Origin: Octopus bimaculoides | Taxonomy: Eukaryota | Direction of reading: 5' to 3' | Length of the DNA stretch: 63,248 bases | Assembly: GCF_001194135.2 (NCBI RefSeq) | Contig: NC_068984.1 | Span: 101,407,131-101,470,378 of the forward strand | Shown: positions 24,985 to 37,785 of the stretch, piece after piece | Layout of the letters: each line of letters opens with the position of its first letter | How positions within the stretch are numbered: position 1 is the stretch's first letter | The notes under the pieces: generated by a model | The model's input: the letters and a program-made list of their open reading frames with translations, nothing else | Database searches by the model: none | Told to the model about the DNA's origin: nothing | Made by a program: the position numbers and the translations under genes

Positions 24985-25146
24985 ATGAAGAGCTTTTGCA
25001 CAGCTTCCATCTTCTAAATTCACTTGCAAGGTACTGGTCATTTGGGTGCTGTAGAGGAAGACACTTGTTCGAGGTACTGCACAGTGGAACAGAACTCAAG
25101 ACCATGTAGTTGAAAAGCAAATTTATTTACTCAGCCGTGCCTGCAC
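24740..25146 (-). mobile_element. Composite retroposon: family A head plus (GAT)n-tailed family D 3' module
   Basis: catcatcatc...ttaacgtccgccttccatgctagcatggg at 24740-24945, an (AT)n spacer, then a reverse family A head at about 24985-25146. Confidence 0.8.
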
Positions 25147-25669
25147 TTTGTATATATTTATGATTTGCAGGTATGCTTGTGTGATTAAAAGTTATAGTCT
25201 GATATCGCAGAAATTTTGACAAAGGTGTCTTATATTGAAGTCTTGGGTTGCTCAATATCTTGTGGATGTAGTTGTGTTGACAGAAACTCTTCAAAACCTA
25301 TCATATGTCTATGTATGTATCTGTGTTTGTGTTTTTTAACACACCTCTAGTTGTTAAAGGGATGATGCTTCAAACTATTAACTTAGTATTTTAACAAATA
25401 TATTCCGTTAAGATAAGTACTAGAGCAGATATGAACGTTTGTCCGACTGGATATGAAGTTCGCTTTATATTTAGCCTGATTGAATAGGAACCTGAAATTT
25501 GAATATCTAAATGTGAGGTGACAACTGCAATGACATAAACAACCCTCACCCCTCAGCATCAAGTACTATTTTGAACTCCTTACCTGTGTACATTATGTAA
25601 TATTATATATACATTAATTTTCTTTTATAAATATTCTTTTATTGTTTTATACATTTCGGCCAAGAGGGC

Positions 25670-26240
25670 ATGGCCATGCTTGGGCTTCCAACCACATGGT
25701 TTTGGGTTCAGTCCCACTGCATGGCAACTTGGGTGAGTTTTCTACTATATCTTTGGGCTGACCAAAGCCTTGTGAGTGGATTTGGTTGACAGAAATTGAA
25801 AGAAGTCTGTCATATATATGTGTGTCTTTGAGTCTGTGTTTGTCTTCTCATCACTGCTTGACAACCAGTGTCCCTGGATAAAGGCACATAAAATACACCA
25901 TTTTGAGCGTGGCCGTTGCTAGTACCGCCGGACTGGCCTTCGTAGGATTTTTGAGCGAGATCGTTGCCAGTGCCCCCGGATTGGCTCTTGTGCAGGTGGC
26001 ACATAAAATACACCATCTTGAGCGTGGCCGTTGCCAGTACCGCCTGACTGGCCTTCGTGCAGGTGACACGTAAAAGCACCCACTACACTCTCTGAGTGGT
26101 TGGCGTTAGGAAGGGCATCCAGCCATAGAAACTCTGCCAAATCAGATTGGAGCCTGGTGTAGCCATCTGGTTTCACCAGTCCTCAGTCAAATCGTCCAAC
26201 CCATGCTAGCATGGAAAGCGGACGTTAAATGATGATGATG
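25670..26240 (+). mobile_element. Composite retroposon: family A head, internal tandem repeats, family D (GAT)n tail
   Basis: Head accacatggttttgggttcagtcccactgc, repeats at about 25880-26080, end ggaaagcggacgttaaatgatgatgatg. Confidence 0.85.
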
Positions 26241-26288
<48 letters not shown>

Positions 26289-26932
26289 GCACACACACAG
26301 ACACACTTTTTCTGCATTGTGCTTAACACTGGAGATAGCTTGTGAACATTGTTGTCTGGCCCATCCACAGTTGACTGTAGTTTACAATCAATTATCTTTG
26401 GCTGAAATCTATATCCGTTTGAACAGTAAAGTAAAACCCAGTATATATTATAATTATAAACAAATTTGTTGGTTTGTTTTTAATTGAATGCTGATCTAAA
26501 ATCAGATAATACTTCCTCTCAAATCAATACCTCTGCTTCATTTAAGATTGATTCTCAGATATCTGTATTAAATATCTGAGATGTTTTCTGTGTTTTTCTA
26601 TTTCACTTTATTTCTCTCTTTTCCTCCAGATAATGAAGTAACTTTTTTTTTTAATTGTAGAAATAAATTATTACATTAATTAGAAACTTTCTTTTAGCCA
26701 GCTAGAAAGACTACATGAAGTTACTCAGCTTGCTAAAAATATTAACTAAATCTCCCTCAAATCACATTTCTACTCTCTTAAAAAGTGGACGCATTAGAAA
26801 ATATATCAATCTGAGGCTGAACAACAGCTACAGGTTATTTTACTTGTATTTTTTCTTTGTCTTATTCTGCAAATGAATTATGGCAGTGCCTTTAACAAAT
26901 GTGTGCCCTTCCCTTTCACATTCAGATTACTC

Positions 26933-27108
26933 TCATCATCATCATCATCATCATCGTCGTCAGTTAATGTCCGCTTTCCATGCTAGCATGTGTTGGACGA
27001 TTTGACTGAGGACTGGTGAAACCAGATGGCTACACCAGGCTCCAATCTGATTTGGCAGGGTTTCTACAGCTGGATGCCCTTCCTGATGCCAACCACTCAG
27101 AGAGTGTA
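26933..27108 (-). mobile_element. Family D 3' module nested in a family E MITE (about 26910-27285)
   Basis: The host cattcagattactct|...|tcacattgctttgaatt...aaagggttaa is contiguous in other copies at 54055-54240 and 60958-61172. Confidence 0.85.
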
Positions 27109-28358
27109 TCACATTGCTTTGAATTAATCATGCATTATCTCCTAGCTTTGAGATTTCGATGATGAGATTGTTTATTTTTAGAATGACTTTGTAGGGTAAG
27201 TGTAAAAAGCCAGATCTGGCAGGTTTGACCATAAAACAAGTGGATTTGAGCTGGATATGGCCAGTTTAAATAATAAAGGGTTAAACCTGCTACTGATCCA
27301 TAGAAGTAAGGTACTGGTTTTATAGGTGACCCTGGCTGGCCATGTGGTCAGTAGTTCACTGGAACTCTTCTAATCTACCTGTTGTAGTTATTCAGGTGGA
27401 TGATGAACTTAAATTATCATCCGTTTTGAGTCTGTTGTAAACATGCAGGTCACTGATCAGATTGTAACTTTCTCCCACAAGACTTATAGGCCCTGCAATG
27501 GGTTAGGGATGTGATGCGGCGTTTTCGTTTTTGGCTTGGCCATTAAAAAAGACCCTGTAAATTTCTGACTTTATTAAAATCGATGTACAAAGCATTTTCA
27601 CAGTTTCAATTTATAGCTTCAGTCAGTTATTCTCCAGTAGGCTTATAGTCCATAAGGAGGCAATTTAACTCTAAAACCTACAGATGCAGCAATCATGAAT
27701 GTTATCTATCACGTTGTTGGGAAGTCTGAGGTCAGCTCAATTGAGCAGACTCCATTGATCATAGAATTAAGCAGACAAGGGCATGGCTATGTGTTAAGAA
27801 ATTCACTTCTCACTGTATGGTTTCATGTTCAATAACACTGTGTCATCCTCTACTATGGCTCCATTTCTCAAATATGTGAATATTTCCAGTATGTGCTACA
27901 CATGGAAAAGTGCTGGGCTACAGTGTTGTTTCTTGACATTCCCTGTTTATAGATTGTCCATTTACTTGAAAAACAGGTAAAGTTTAATGACAGGAAGGGC
28001 ATCTAACTGTAAAACGATACCTCAGTAATGTGTGTGAGACCCATGTTAGTATGGAAAAATGAACTAGTTAGGTTTGATGTAGGTTAAGTGCTAAAGATAT
28101 TCTAAAGAATATACTGCATTCCAACATGCAGCAGTTTATCATATGTGGCAGTGTGCATTGCACATTCTTCTGTCGACTGTCCTGCTTATTCTGTTGGAAC
28201 TTCATCAGCTTATTGATGGTCCAGTAGTGACTAACTTTTCTTTATTGTGAATTTGCAGCCCCAAAATTTATAACTACAGACTTACATCGGAGTTTGTTGA
28301 GGGATAAATTTGACTTCTGTAGGATAGAATAATTGTCAAAATAATTCTTTGTTTTATA

Positions 28359-28735
28359 GGCACAGGAGTGGCTGTGTAGTAAGTAGCTTGCTTACAAACC
28401 ACATGGTTCTGGGTTCAGTCCCACTGTGTAGCACCTTGGGCAAGAGTCTTCTACTATAGCCTTGGGCTGACCACAGCCTTGTGAGTAGATTTGGTAGACA
28501 GAAACTGAAAGAAGCCTGTCGTATATATATATGTGTGTGTGTGTCTTTGTTTGTCCCCCCCCCCATCGCTTGACAACCGATGTTGGTGTGTTTTACGTCC
28601 CCCGTAACTTAGCATTTTGTCAAAAGAGACTGATAGAATAAGTACTAGGCTTACAATGAATAAGTCCTGGGGTTGATTTGTTTGACTAAAGGTGGTGCTC
28701 CAGCATGGCCACAGTCAAACAAATGAAAGAATAAA
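28359..28735 (+). mobile_element. Near full-length SINE family A
   Basis: Head ggcacaggagtggctgtgtagtaagtagc...gggttcagtcccactg, CORE-like ccttgggcaag, tail ctccagcatggccacagtc...aaagaataaa. Confidence 0.9.
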
Positions 28736-29123
28736 TATTTGTTAGGATACACACACACACACACACCAGGTTTCATCATGATGTGTTTTTTTATTGCTGA
28801 CATGGATGGGTCTGTTTCAGCTTATCAAGCTAAAGCAGAGGGAGGAGGGGGAAAAAAACAATCAACCCATTTATTTCAGAAAATAACATTAGTTTCTCCA
28901 GATCTATATCTTGAGACAAATTACATAAAATCAGTGGGTGGAGATCATGGATAGAACTTCTGTTTGGTACTAGATCTCAGAGATGATGTCCAGTTTGTGG
29001 TTAGCAGCTGTTGTTGTTGATGGATATGGAAGATCCTTGTGGTAGGAGTGGGCCTAGAATTAGTTCAGTCAAATGTGAGAACAGGAATAATGGCATAAGA
29101 TATGCAGGCATTAACATGATGTT

Positions 29124-29340
29124 TTGTAGACTTAAGATTAAAGACATATTCCAGGTGTTGCATTCTAAGATTTAGGATTAAAGACACATTCACAAATGAC
29201 ATATTGTAAGACTAAGGGGTAAAAGACAACTCAGTATTGTGGTATTGTAAGACTTAAGATTAAAGACACACAGATGTTATATTGTAGGAGTTTAAAAATT
29301 CATATTCACATGTTACATTGTAAAACTTAGGGATGAAAAG
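29124..29340 (+). repeat. Degenerate minisatellite, about 40-bp unit, 5-6 units
   Basis: Recurring ttgtaagacttaagattaaagaca followed by related ca(c/t)a(g/a)tgttata-like segments. Confidence 0.75.
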
Positions 29341-30332
29341 AAATGGGTACTCCAACTTATACAATTCATGGGAATATAAATTAAGTTTAAAAACTTTTTG
29401 TGATATTTTATGAAATTAGCTAATTACAATAATTGATAGTAATGACTAATAGTTCCAGTTCCTAATATATGTTTCAAGTTTAGCATGATGCTTGCAATTT
29501 ATGGTAAAAGATAGGCATTCATAAATGTAGCAATCCTTTGATTACTATTTTCAGCTTTTTATCACACTTAATGAATTTTCTGTTAGCTGTTCTTTTATTA
29601 TTGATTTTTTAATTTTTTATCAGTCTTTGAGATATGAAAGATTAAGACAGTATTTAAAGTATGATCCACAGGCTACTGTTCTAGTAGTCATAGAGTACTT
29701 TATCCTCTTAATCTTCAGTGCCTGTAATTCAGTGTGAGATTTCTGTATATCTGCTAAAAGTAAACATTCTAGAGTCTTTGAAATGAAGAGAGTCAAGATG
29801 TATCTTCACACCCTAAAACCTAGCTAAACTATGTTCTGTGCTAGGTAGCTATGGCTAAAATGATGATTAAAAGATGTGTAACAAACATAAAGTGTGTTAA
29901 GACATCTGACACAGTAGGGCTGTGGATAGGACCCCCCCCACACACACACACACACATCACTGTTTTCAATGTCGTCTGTTTGTTTATGACTTAGAACCAA
30001 CTACAGTTAGTAACTCAACCACAACTGTTATACAATAAGTTGTTCAATGAAAGAGTAGATACAATCCCTATGACATTTGCAGTCTCTTTTCAAACTAGTG
30101 AGATTTACCCAGTTGGAATATCTGGTCTGATCTCATTCTTGAAAAGTTAGTTCTTCTCTTACTGCTAAATTATTTTATGATGATTATTGCTATATTACTG
30201 CTTCATAAAAATACCTTTATTGATATTTTTTATGCAATACATCTGGTCATTCCTTTAACCCTTTTGATAACAACCTGCCTGAGATTGTCTTCGCCCTATG
30301 ATACAAACTTCGTGTTTTAAAATGAGCTAGAT

Positions 30333-30629
30333 CAGGGGTTTTCAAACTTTTTGACTTGCGGACCCCTTTATATTTCAGGCTTTACCTTAGGGACCCCCTT
30401 ATAAACGCTTAAGAAATTTATACATAAATATTTGCTTAAAATAACATATATTTTTACATTTATTTATTTGACAGTATTTAACAAATAGGTTTATTGTCAA
30501 TTAAAAGAGTTTGATTAAAAAACATATATAAAATCAAATTGCCCATAAAAAGTATTTGCTGTCCACGGGCCCCCTGTCTTGTCCTTGCAGACTCCCTGTG
30601 GTCCGCGGACCACAGTTTGAAAACCCCTG
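30333..30629. mobile_element. hAT (Charlie/Buster-like) MITE, 297 bp, nested in an older MITE (about 30255-30789)
   Basis: Perfect 15-bp TIR CAGGGGTTTTCAAAC / GTTTGAAAACCCCTG and perfect 8-bp TSD AGCTAGAT (30325-30332, 30630-30637) with central TA. Confidence 0.93.
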
Positions 30630-31999
30630 AGCTAGATTAAAACCTTACATTAAAATTTCGTGTTAATTTATATTCCAAACTCTACCTTTAACAATGATGG
30701 AATTTTTTTTTTTTACAAAATTCTTCATTTTCGAAATAATTGAAACAAGGCTGTGTTTTTCAACAGAAATATGCTAACAACAGGGTGAAACATTTGAATC
30801 ATCTTCACCATTTGAAGTGACAGTAGACAAATATAGTTCAGATTGTTTCACTATAGTTCATACTCATTTAGAAGAACAAAAAAACTATACTTTAGAATCT
30901 ATATCCTAGTATATATGGTTATCAAAGAGTTGACCTGTTAGTCTCTGTAATAAAGATCCATTAATACACAAGTTCCTGCTCAGGCCTGGTCTTGAAAAAA
31001 TTAACCGTAATTTGTGTTACTGATCTTTTATAATGAGTAACAATAATACAGAAGGCTTGCTGTTGATTAACAAGATAATAAGAAGATGACTGCTGCTTTC
31101 CGAATACTGCCTGAAAGAGACTCAGGTTTGTCTGCTAACTAGGTCATCATCTGGAAACTGTTCCCTCATAGGGACATAGAATGATGGAATTAAATATGTG
31201 GTATGTTTGACACCATACATGATACAAAGTGTAGTCAATAGATGATGATGATGATTATGATAGTTTCACAATCTCTTTGGTAGATATGAACTTCAAAAAA
31301 ATCCACTAGTTTTCTATTGAAGTTACTGACTTCACGTGAAAGTCAGCAATACAGGATCCATATACAGGCTTTGTTAGCTATTGTTTATTATTCATTGTAG
31401 ATGTATGGCCTTGTGGTTAGGGTGTTTGGCTCATGATCTTAAGGTTGTGGGTTTGATCTCTTGACTAAGTAACTTATGTTCTTGAGCAAGACATTTTGTG
31501 TTTCAAATGCTTTTCATTATCAATTAATAGTAATTGATTGTGATAACATGACTTCTCCAAAAATCACTGTGATGACATTGTTGTATTTTGTCCTGTCACC
31601 TTGCTTGGAATTGCATATCAGCCAAGTGCTGGGGCTGCGTTCTCTCTTCCAGCTGTCTCATCTAGGTGTTCAGCTGTGTCAAGGGTGGCAGGTCACGTGA
31701 GCACCTAGAACAGTTAGCAAAAGCATGGCACATACTATTGATTGATGCTTGCTTGTGAGAGAAGGCTATGGTGAGAACTTGATGTGGCAATAAAGACAAA
31801 GTCTTTGTCATATAATATCTTAGTTTGCTTCAACACTTACCTTTTAACTGCAATAATGACTCATAGGAGATAAAAAGTTTTTTTTTTCTTTTTTATGAGG
31901 GTGGGTTTGTGGAAAACGCATTATCAATGAAGATTGTTGACTCTATCCACCAACCACCTGTCTGCATGTTATAGGTAAGTTTTATAGTAGTGGTAATAA

Positions 32000-32190
32000 G
32001 GACAATCTTTTCTACTGTAGGCCTGACGTTTTGGTGGAGGGGGTTAATTGATTATATAGACCTTAATGTTTGAAGAAAGGAAGAAAGGCAAAGTCAAATT
32101 TGGCAGGATTTGAACTCAAAATGTAAAGACAGTTGAAATGCTGCTAAGCATTCTGTCTTGCACTTTAACAACTCTGCCAGCTTGCCATCT
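32000..32190 (-). mobile_element. SINE family B, degenerate
   Basis: aaaggcaaagtcaa...tttgaactcaaaatgt...actctgccagcttgcc next to an (AAT)n run. Confidence 0.75.
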
Positions 32191-32984
32191 TAATAATAAT
32201 AATGATGATAATAATAACTATAATAAAGGAGTTTAAAGGAGTAAACCAATCATCATTTATGTCACTGACAAAGTGAGAATAAACTAGTTATAGATGTTTA
32301 TATTTCAGTTTTGTTCCTATCTGTGCCTATTTTTACCTCAGTTCTGCTAGGCTTGCTTTGGTGGAGGGAGGTGGTGTCTTCTCCAGTGTAACCTGTGGCC
32401 ACTTGCAGTGGTCCTGTCATCTCTTTCATGAAACTCAGCCTCTTGAGCTCAGTCATTTGTAGATAATTTTGAATTTTCAGTCTCTTGATGAGCCAACTTT
32501 CATTCTAAAATACCTTTATGTATCAAATATTTTGTGTTTCCAAAATTAGGAAAAATTAAAATTTTTGCTTCTCACAAAAAGAGCTACAATCAGAAGCTTT
32601 ATGCATGACCCTTTCTTTGTGTTTTTATGCTGTTCTCAAAATTCTGTTCAAATTATTTCTGTATGGTGCTTTGTTGTTATTCAGCTCAAGTCAGTCTTTA
32701 TTAAACTGATGTGACGATCTCTAAGTGGTAGGATGTGATTTGAGAGAGATTTGGCTGTTATTTTTAGTAGGTTGCACAATCATGCTGCAATTCCCTTGTC
32801 TTCTCATGGTGTGGACTCCCGCTTGGCCAGCTCTTGTCAAACCGTCAAACCTATGCTAGCATGGAAGGGGGACGTTAATTGATGATAATGATGTTACATA
32901 GATTTGTTTTGTCTAATTGTTGGACTTAACACTTTAAACTAAACGAATACTCACAGGTTGGTGTATGTGTGTGTCTATTTAATA

Positions 32985-33760
32985 TATAGGTTGTCCTCAA
33001 AAAATGTATAAAGTGAATGCTTATTAAAATATATTTCATTTTCAAAATTTTATAGAGAATCTACATACAGAATTTAATTTCTTTATATGTGTTTTCACAT
33101 TTCATTTGGTATTTGCATTCTCATTCAATGGCTAACCTCAATTAATTAACTGTTGCCAGTTTTGTACTGTAAACTTAATAGTTTAAGTATCTCCATAAAA
33201 AAAGTCTCCTGGTGTGAGATCTGGTGAACATGAAGGGCATTCTCCCGAACATCTTCCAATCCACCTGTTTAGAAAAATCTCATCAAGGTAGGCCCTTAAA
33301 ATATATTATGGTAGTTTTGGGGATACCTCATCTTGCTGGAAATAAAGCTCCACATTTTCTGTCCTCAGGAATGCATGGCATAACAGATTGTTGCAGCATG
33401 TCCAAATAAATAGGACCAGTCACTGTACTATCAAAGATGAGTAGTGTAATTAAACCATATGATAATAAACTGTACCATGTTGTACACTTGATTTTGGAAG
33501 TTTATATCTCACAGATTTTCATCAACTCTGACATGTTTCTTGTGTCCTTTCTTGTTTCTTGGGGCTCATTGATGTCTGTGGTCTCCTGGAATGTTCCACG
33601 TGGATATTCTGCACAGTTCCATCTACTTCAAATTTATCTTTAGTTTGATTGATGATAAGTCATGTAGTTGGATCTGGTTGAAACTCTCTCCTAAACTGTC
33701 TTTGCACTTGACTGCATTTACAAATTTCCAGTAGAACTTTAGGATAAATCTTCTTTGCTC
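32985..33760 (-). mobile_element. Tc1/mariner-superfamily transposase relic
   Basis: Minus-strand YFQQDEVSP (about 33320-33343) and SPDLTPGDFFLWRYL (about 33189-33232); TIR-like tataggttgtcctcaaaaaatgtat at 32985. Confidence 0.75.
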
Positions 33761-35139
33761 AAAGATTAGTCTGGCTCCCTTCATTATTTCTACTGCGTTA
33801 AATCTAAAAGCAAATGAAAATTAATTATCAGCTGTTAAAGTGTGAATACGTTTTTTTGGTGCACCCTCTGTGTGTATGTGTGTGTGTGTTTCTGTTTGAG
33901 ACAAATGGTTGGTTTATTAAATCAAATGCTGCTTGTAGATTTTTGACATGGTGGGGTCAAAGTATTAGGCTACCACCTCTTTGTGTTGTGAATTCATGCC
34001 TACAATGCAAATATTATTTTAACCCTGGCAAAATACTTGATTCCATGTAACCCCAGTTTAATTATCTGGAGAGTATGTACTTAAGTTTAGCAAGTATCCT
34101 GTCTACAGGTAGACAGATCTGTTATCTATAATACACTTCTTCTATGAATCTGTAGTTTGTGAAAAACAGTAACTTAAAGTAGTGATACTAAGGCCCTTAA
34201 TAGATTGGGTTTAGGAGAACAAGTATGAGTCCCAATCTCTTACAGGAAGGATTGAAGTCAGCCTTTGTCATTCTTATTGTGTTCTCATTACTTGCCTATG
34301 TGGACAGTGAATTGACAACTGAGTTCCTTACCCACAGGGTCACTACTAGGGTTGAGAAAGAATTATTGTGTTACTGGAGTCAGAGTTAGGCATGTACTGA
34401 TTTTGAACAAACATAAATTAAGATATAATGCTGATGGTAGGGGAGGTTCTCTTGCTGGATAATTAACTCCTGTTAGCTATTGTTTGTATTTATCCATTGA
34501 ACTGCATGTATTTGAGCAATGACCAAATTGCTGAAGAAAAGATGCCCTCTTTGAATTAGTAACTCTCTTAAATTGGCAGCAGCTACTACATGAAACTCTT
34601 GAACCATAGAACAAAGAAGGTAGATGTACTGTTAGCTCAGAATCATCATCATCAAATGAAGTAGACAACTGTTTCTCAAAATGGATGGTGGAAAATTTTG
34701 TACAACTACAAATCAAAATATAAAAATAAATTTCAACTGTTAGCTAGTAGGGTATGTAGGAAGCACAGATCTTACCCAAGTTTGGTCAAAGCCATGTGCT
34801 AAAGATTGGGGTCATTAATTGTAGTCAAGCAATGGTGTGTTAAAAGTTCTCCTGTAGTAGGACAGTACTATATTAAGTAGTTACCTGCATCTAAATAGTA
34901 TCTGGGACTAAATTCATCTAGCTTGATACTGTGTGTATGTACATGAGAAAAGGGTGTGAGAGCATTGAGAGTGTTAGAAAACAAATGGAGTGAAACACTG
35001 AATTAGAGTTTGAACATTGAAAATTAAAATATCACTGCTTATTTATAAAACAAATCCAAGTAAACAAATTTCGGTAAGATTTTTTTTAATGGATTAAAAG
35101 AAATGGGAAAGTATGACAGCACATAGAAACTGACTATAG

Positions 35140-35315
35140 AAATTATCCCTATTTATCTAGAGGTCATTAGTGATATCGCTATAGCTGTATCAACAATCTC
35201 ACCCACTGAAGTTAGTATTGAGACACTCTTTTCTGCACTGGCAAATAGTCAAATCAGATTTAAGAGCTTCTATGATAGAGGATCTGGTGGAAGCAATTCT
35301 GAATTTAGGGACATG
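35140..35315 (+). mobile_element. hAT transposase C-terminal dimerisation-domain relic
   Basis: YPYL, EVISDIAIAVSTISPTEVSIETLFSAL and KSDLRASMIEDLVEAILNL across frameshifts (cf. the hATC SVERLFS motif). Confidence 0.65.
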
Positions 35316-36594
35316 TCAGCAATCTTAACATTTAAAAAATTATTTTTATTATTATTATTATTTTTATTATTATTATTATTTTTATTATTCTATAGGTATA
35401 GTGTTTCTTTAGTGAAAGAATAAACTTTCCAGTTTTTCACAATATAGTTATTTCATTTAATGTAATGTTTCATGTTACACTTCATTTAAATTTATATTTA
35501 AGCAGTGCTTTAATCTCAAAAATGTAAGGCTGTGTCTAATTAAGTATGTGTAATTAATTGTAACTTCAATAAAAAAAAAAAGGCAACAACAGCATAGCTA
35601 TACCCATTAAACTCAAATTTGAACAGGTTGGAATGCTAAGAAAGAAGCATAGTGATGATACACATTGGTCATATATATTGTATACTTTCAGTCTTTGTAA
35701 GAAATAGATCATTAGAGTAATTACAAATTGAGGGGTAAAAGGTTCTGTGTATTGATTGCACAACCACCCTGTCATTGCAGTTAATAGTGACAAGGATATA
35801 AACCAATTTCTCAAAATTGGCCAGCTGCTGCACTCACTAACATATACCACACAACTCTCAAATGGCATGAACAGTACTTTGTTGTTGTTGTTGTTGACTT
35901 CATCACACATGTAGTATATGAACATTGATCTCTGCACTGATCCAAGTGTTTCTTTCATATCTGTAGATACACTTACATTTTCTAGTTTGTTTTTATCATA
36001 TATTATAAATTTTAGGAGTGTGTGTGTGTGTATGCCTGCTTACTTTATTCTTTCAAGTGCATGGCTTTTTCTCTTACTGTTTCTGTGTTTATATGGTCCC
36101 TGTAGAGTATGTGCTCTTTCTTTAGTCATTCCTCTGTGAGTGTTTGTGTTTCTGAAGCACTCTCTCCTATGTATGTGTTCTTCATTTAGTAGTGTGTGGT
36201 CTTCAGCACACTCTTCTGTCAATGTACTCTCTCAAATGCTCAGCATGTGTGCACGTCTTACTTGTAGTCTTGCAGTATGTTATCCCCTGTGTGTGGTCTT
36301 CTATCATGTGATTTTTAGTCTGGGTAATCCCTCTTCCCTTTTACTGTCTGAAATTGTCCTTTTAATCTATTTATTTACTCCACTATTGTTACATTTGTGT
36401 CTTAGTGTCTTTGTCCATTTGTGTTATTATATAACAGATGTCAAAACTACAATTTGTAAATTCTCTAAAAGAAAGTGTTGTTAAGATTCTGCACATTGGT
36501 TTGTATTTATTATTCTCTAGTGTTTGAGTGAACAGCTATTAATTAATTCTACCTAATTTATATCTTTGTTCATTTAAAAAAAATTTTTTTTTAG

Positions 36595-36821
36595 GGAAAC
36601 TTTCCCAGTCTGATTTAGATGACAGAGCAATGGATGCTCTTAAAGAATTTCCTGCTGAAGATGCTGTATCTGTGTTGAAACAGTTTTGTGATAGCAGTTT
36701 GGAACATGTTGCTAACAAAAGTGCATTTTTATGTGGACAGATGAAAATGTTTCGACAGAGAACAAAAATACAAGGAATGCCTAACTCTGCTGCAAAAGGC
36801 CCCGATGAAACCAAATTAAAA
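36595..36821 (+). CDS. SYNCRIP: SYNCRIP coding exon 2: N-terminal helical (AcD/NURR) domain
   Basis: ttttttAG acceptor, 227 nt, donor GTATGC. GKLSQSDLDDRAMDALKEF...HVANKSAFLCGQMKMFRQR...KGPDETKLK resembles the hnRNP Q/R LDERAIEALKEF and NKSAFLCG motifs, which A1CF/RBM47-type paralogues lack. Confidence 0.95.
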
Positions 36822-37454
36822 GTATGCTGTAATTCTTTATTATCATCAAATCCCCCCCCTCCCCTTTTTTAATTTTCTTTTCCATGTATTTCACAGTATT
36901 TATAAGTTTTGGCATTTGCCTGATTTGTTATAGATATTTAGGTCATTTTCACTCCTGTTTTGATGTCTGTTTAGACTCAGGTCAGCTCTATTCCAGCAGG
37001 ACTTTAATGAATGACATTCCATCCGTGACCACCTGTTGACCATCCCAAAACATACTGTATCTAGGAGTACATGATCCAATTATTTCTTTCCTTTTTTTTA
37101 AATGTTTTGGGAAAGGGTGGTCTTAGGGAGATTTGGCTGACAATCCTAACAGATTAAGGGAACACAGATATTCCTTAAGTAGTGTTTACTTCTGTCACAT
37201 TTGTGCTGGTATAGGTTAAGAATTGGGCCACTGTACCACATATCATCATTATCTCATCTATAAGGCCTAGCAACCTCAAAATTTTTATATCTTATTCTCC
37301 TCATGTCATGGTCACCTTCTACTGTTAACACATGGTGTGGTACTCTATGTTTTCAGCTAGCTCTTATCTATACAAACCTAATAGCCATCTCAGCTTACAC
37401 CTTGTATTCTCAGTCACTGTCTATGGTTACATTTGCTACTGTACACCAAACAGA

Positions 37455-37785
37455 CCACATTGAATTAGGCACGTAAAAAGTACCACTTGTGCGTGATCAT
37501 TGCCAGTGCCGCCTGACTGGCTCCTGTGCTGGTGGCATGTAAAAAGCACCATCCAAGCGTGGCCAATGCCAGAACCGCCTGACTGGCCCCCATGCCAGTG
37601 GCATGTAAAAAACACCCACTACTCTCCTAGAGTGGCTGGCGTTAGGAAGGACATCCAGCTGTAGAAACATTGCCGGATTGGATTGGAGCCTGGTGTAGCC
37701 TTCTGATTTGCCAGCCCTCAGTCAAACTGTCCAACCCATGCCAGCATGGAAAGCGGACGTTAAACAACAATGATGATGATGATGT
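37455..37785 (+). mobile_element. Family D retroposon with internal tandem repeats and (GAT)n tail
   Basis: ggcatgtaaaaagcacc...cgcctgactggc units; end ggaaagcggacgttaaacaacaatgatgatgatg. Confidence 0.85.

Noticed and set aside
29124-29340. CRISPR-like repeat-spacer array
   Set aside because: Spacers are homologous to each other, repeats are degenerate, there are no cas genes and the context is a eukaryotic intron.
34477-34716. Acidic ORF (FDDDDSEL) as a coding or TE relic
   Set aside because: No motif I can assign and no splice support; left unannotated.
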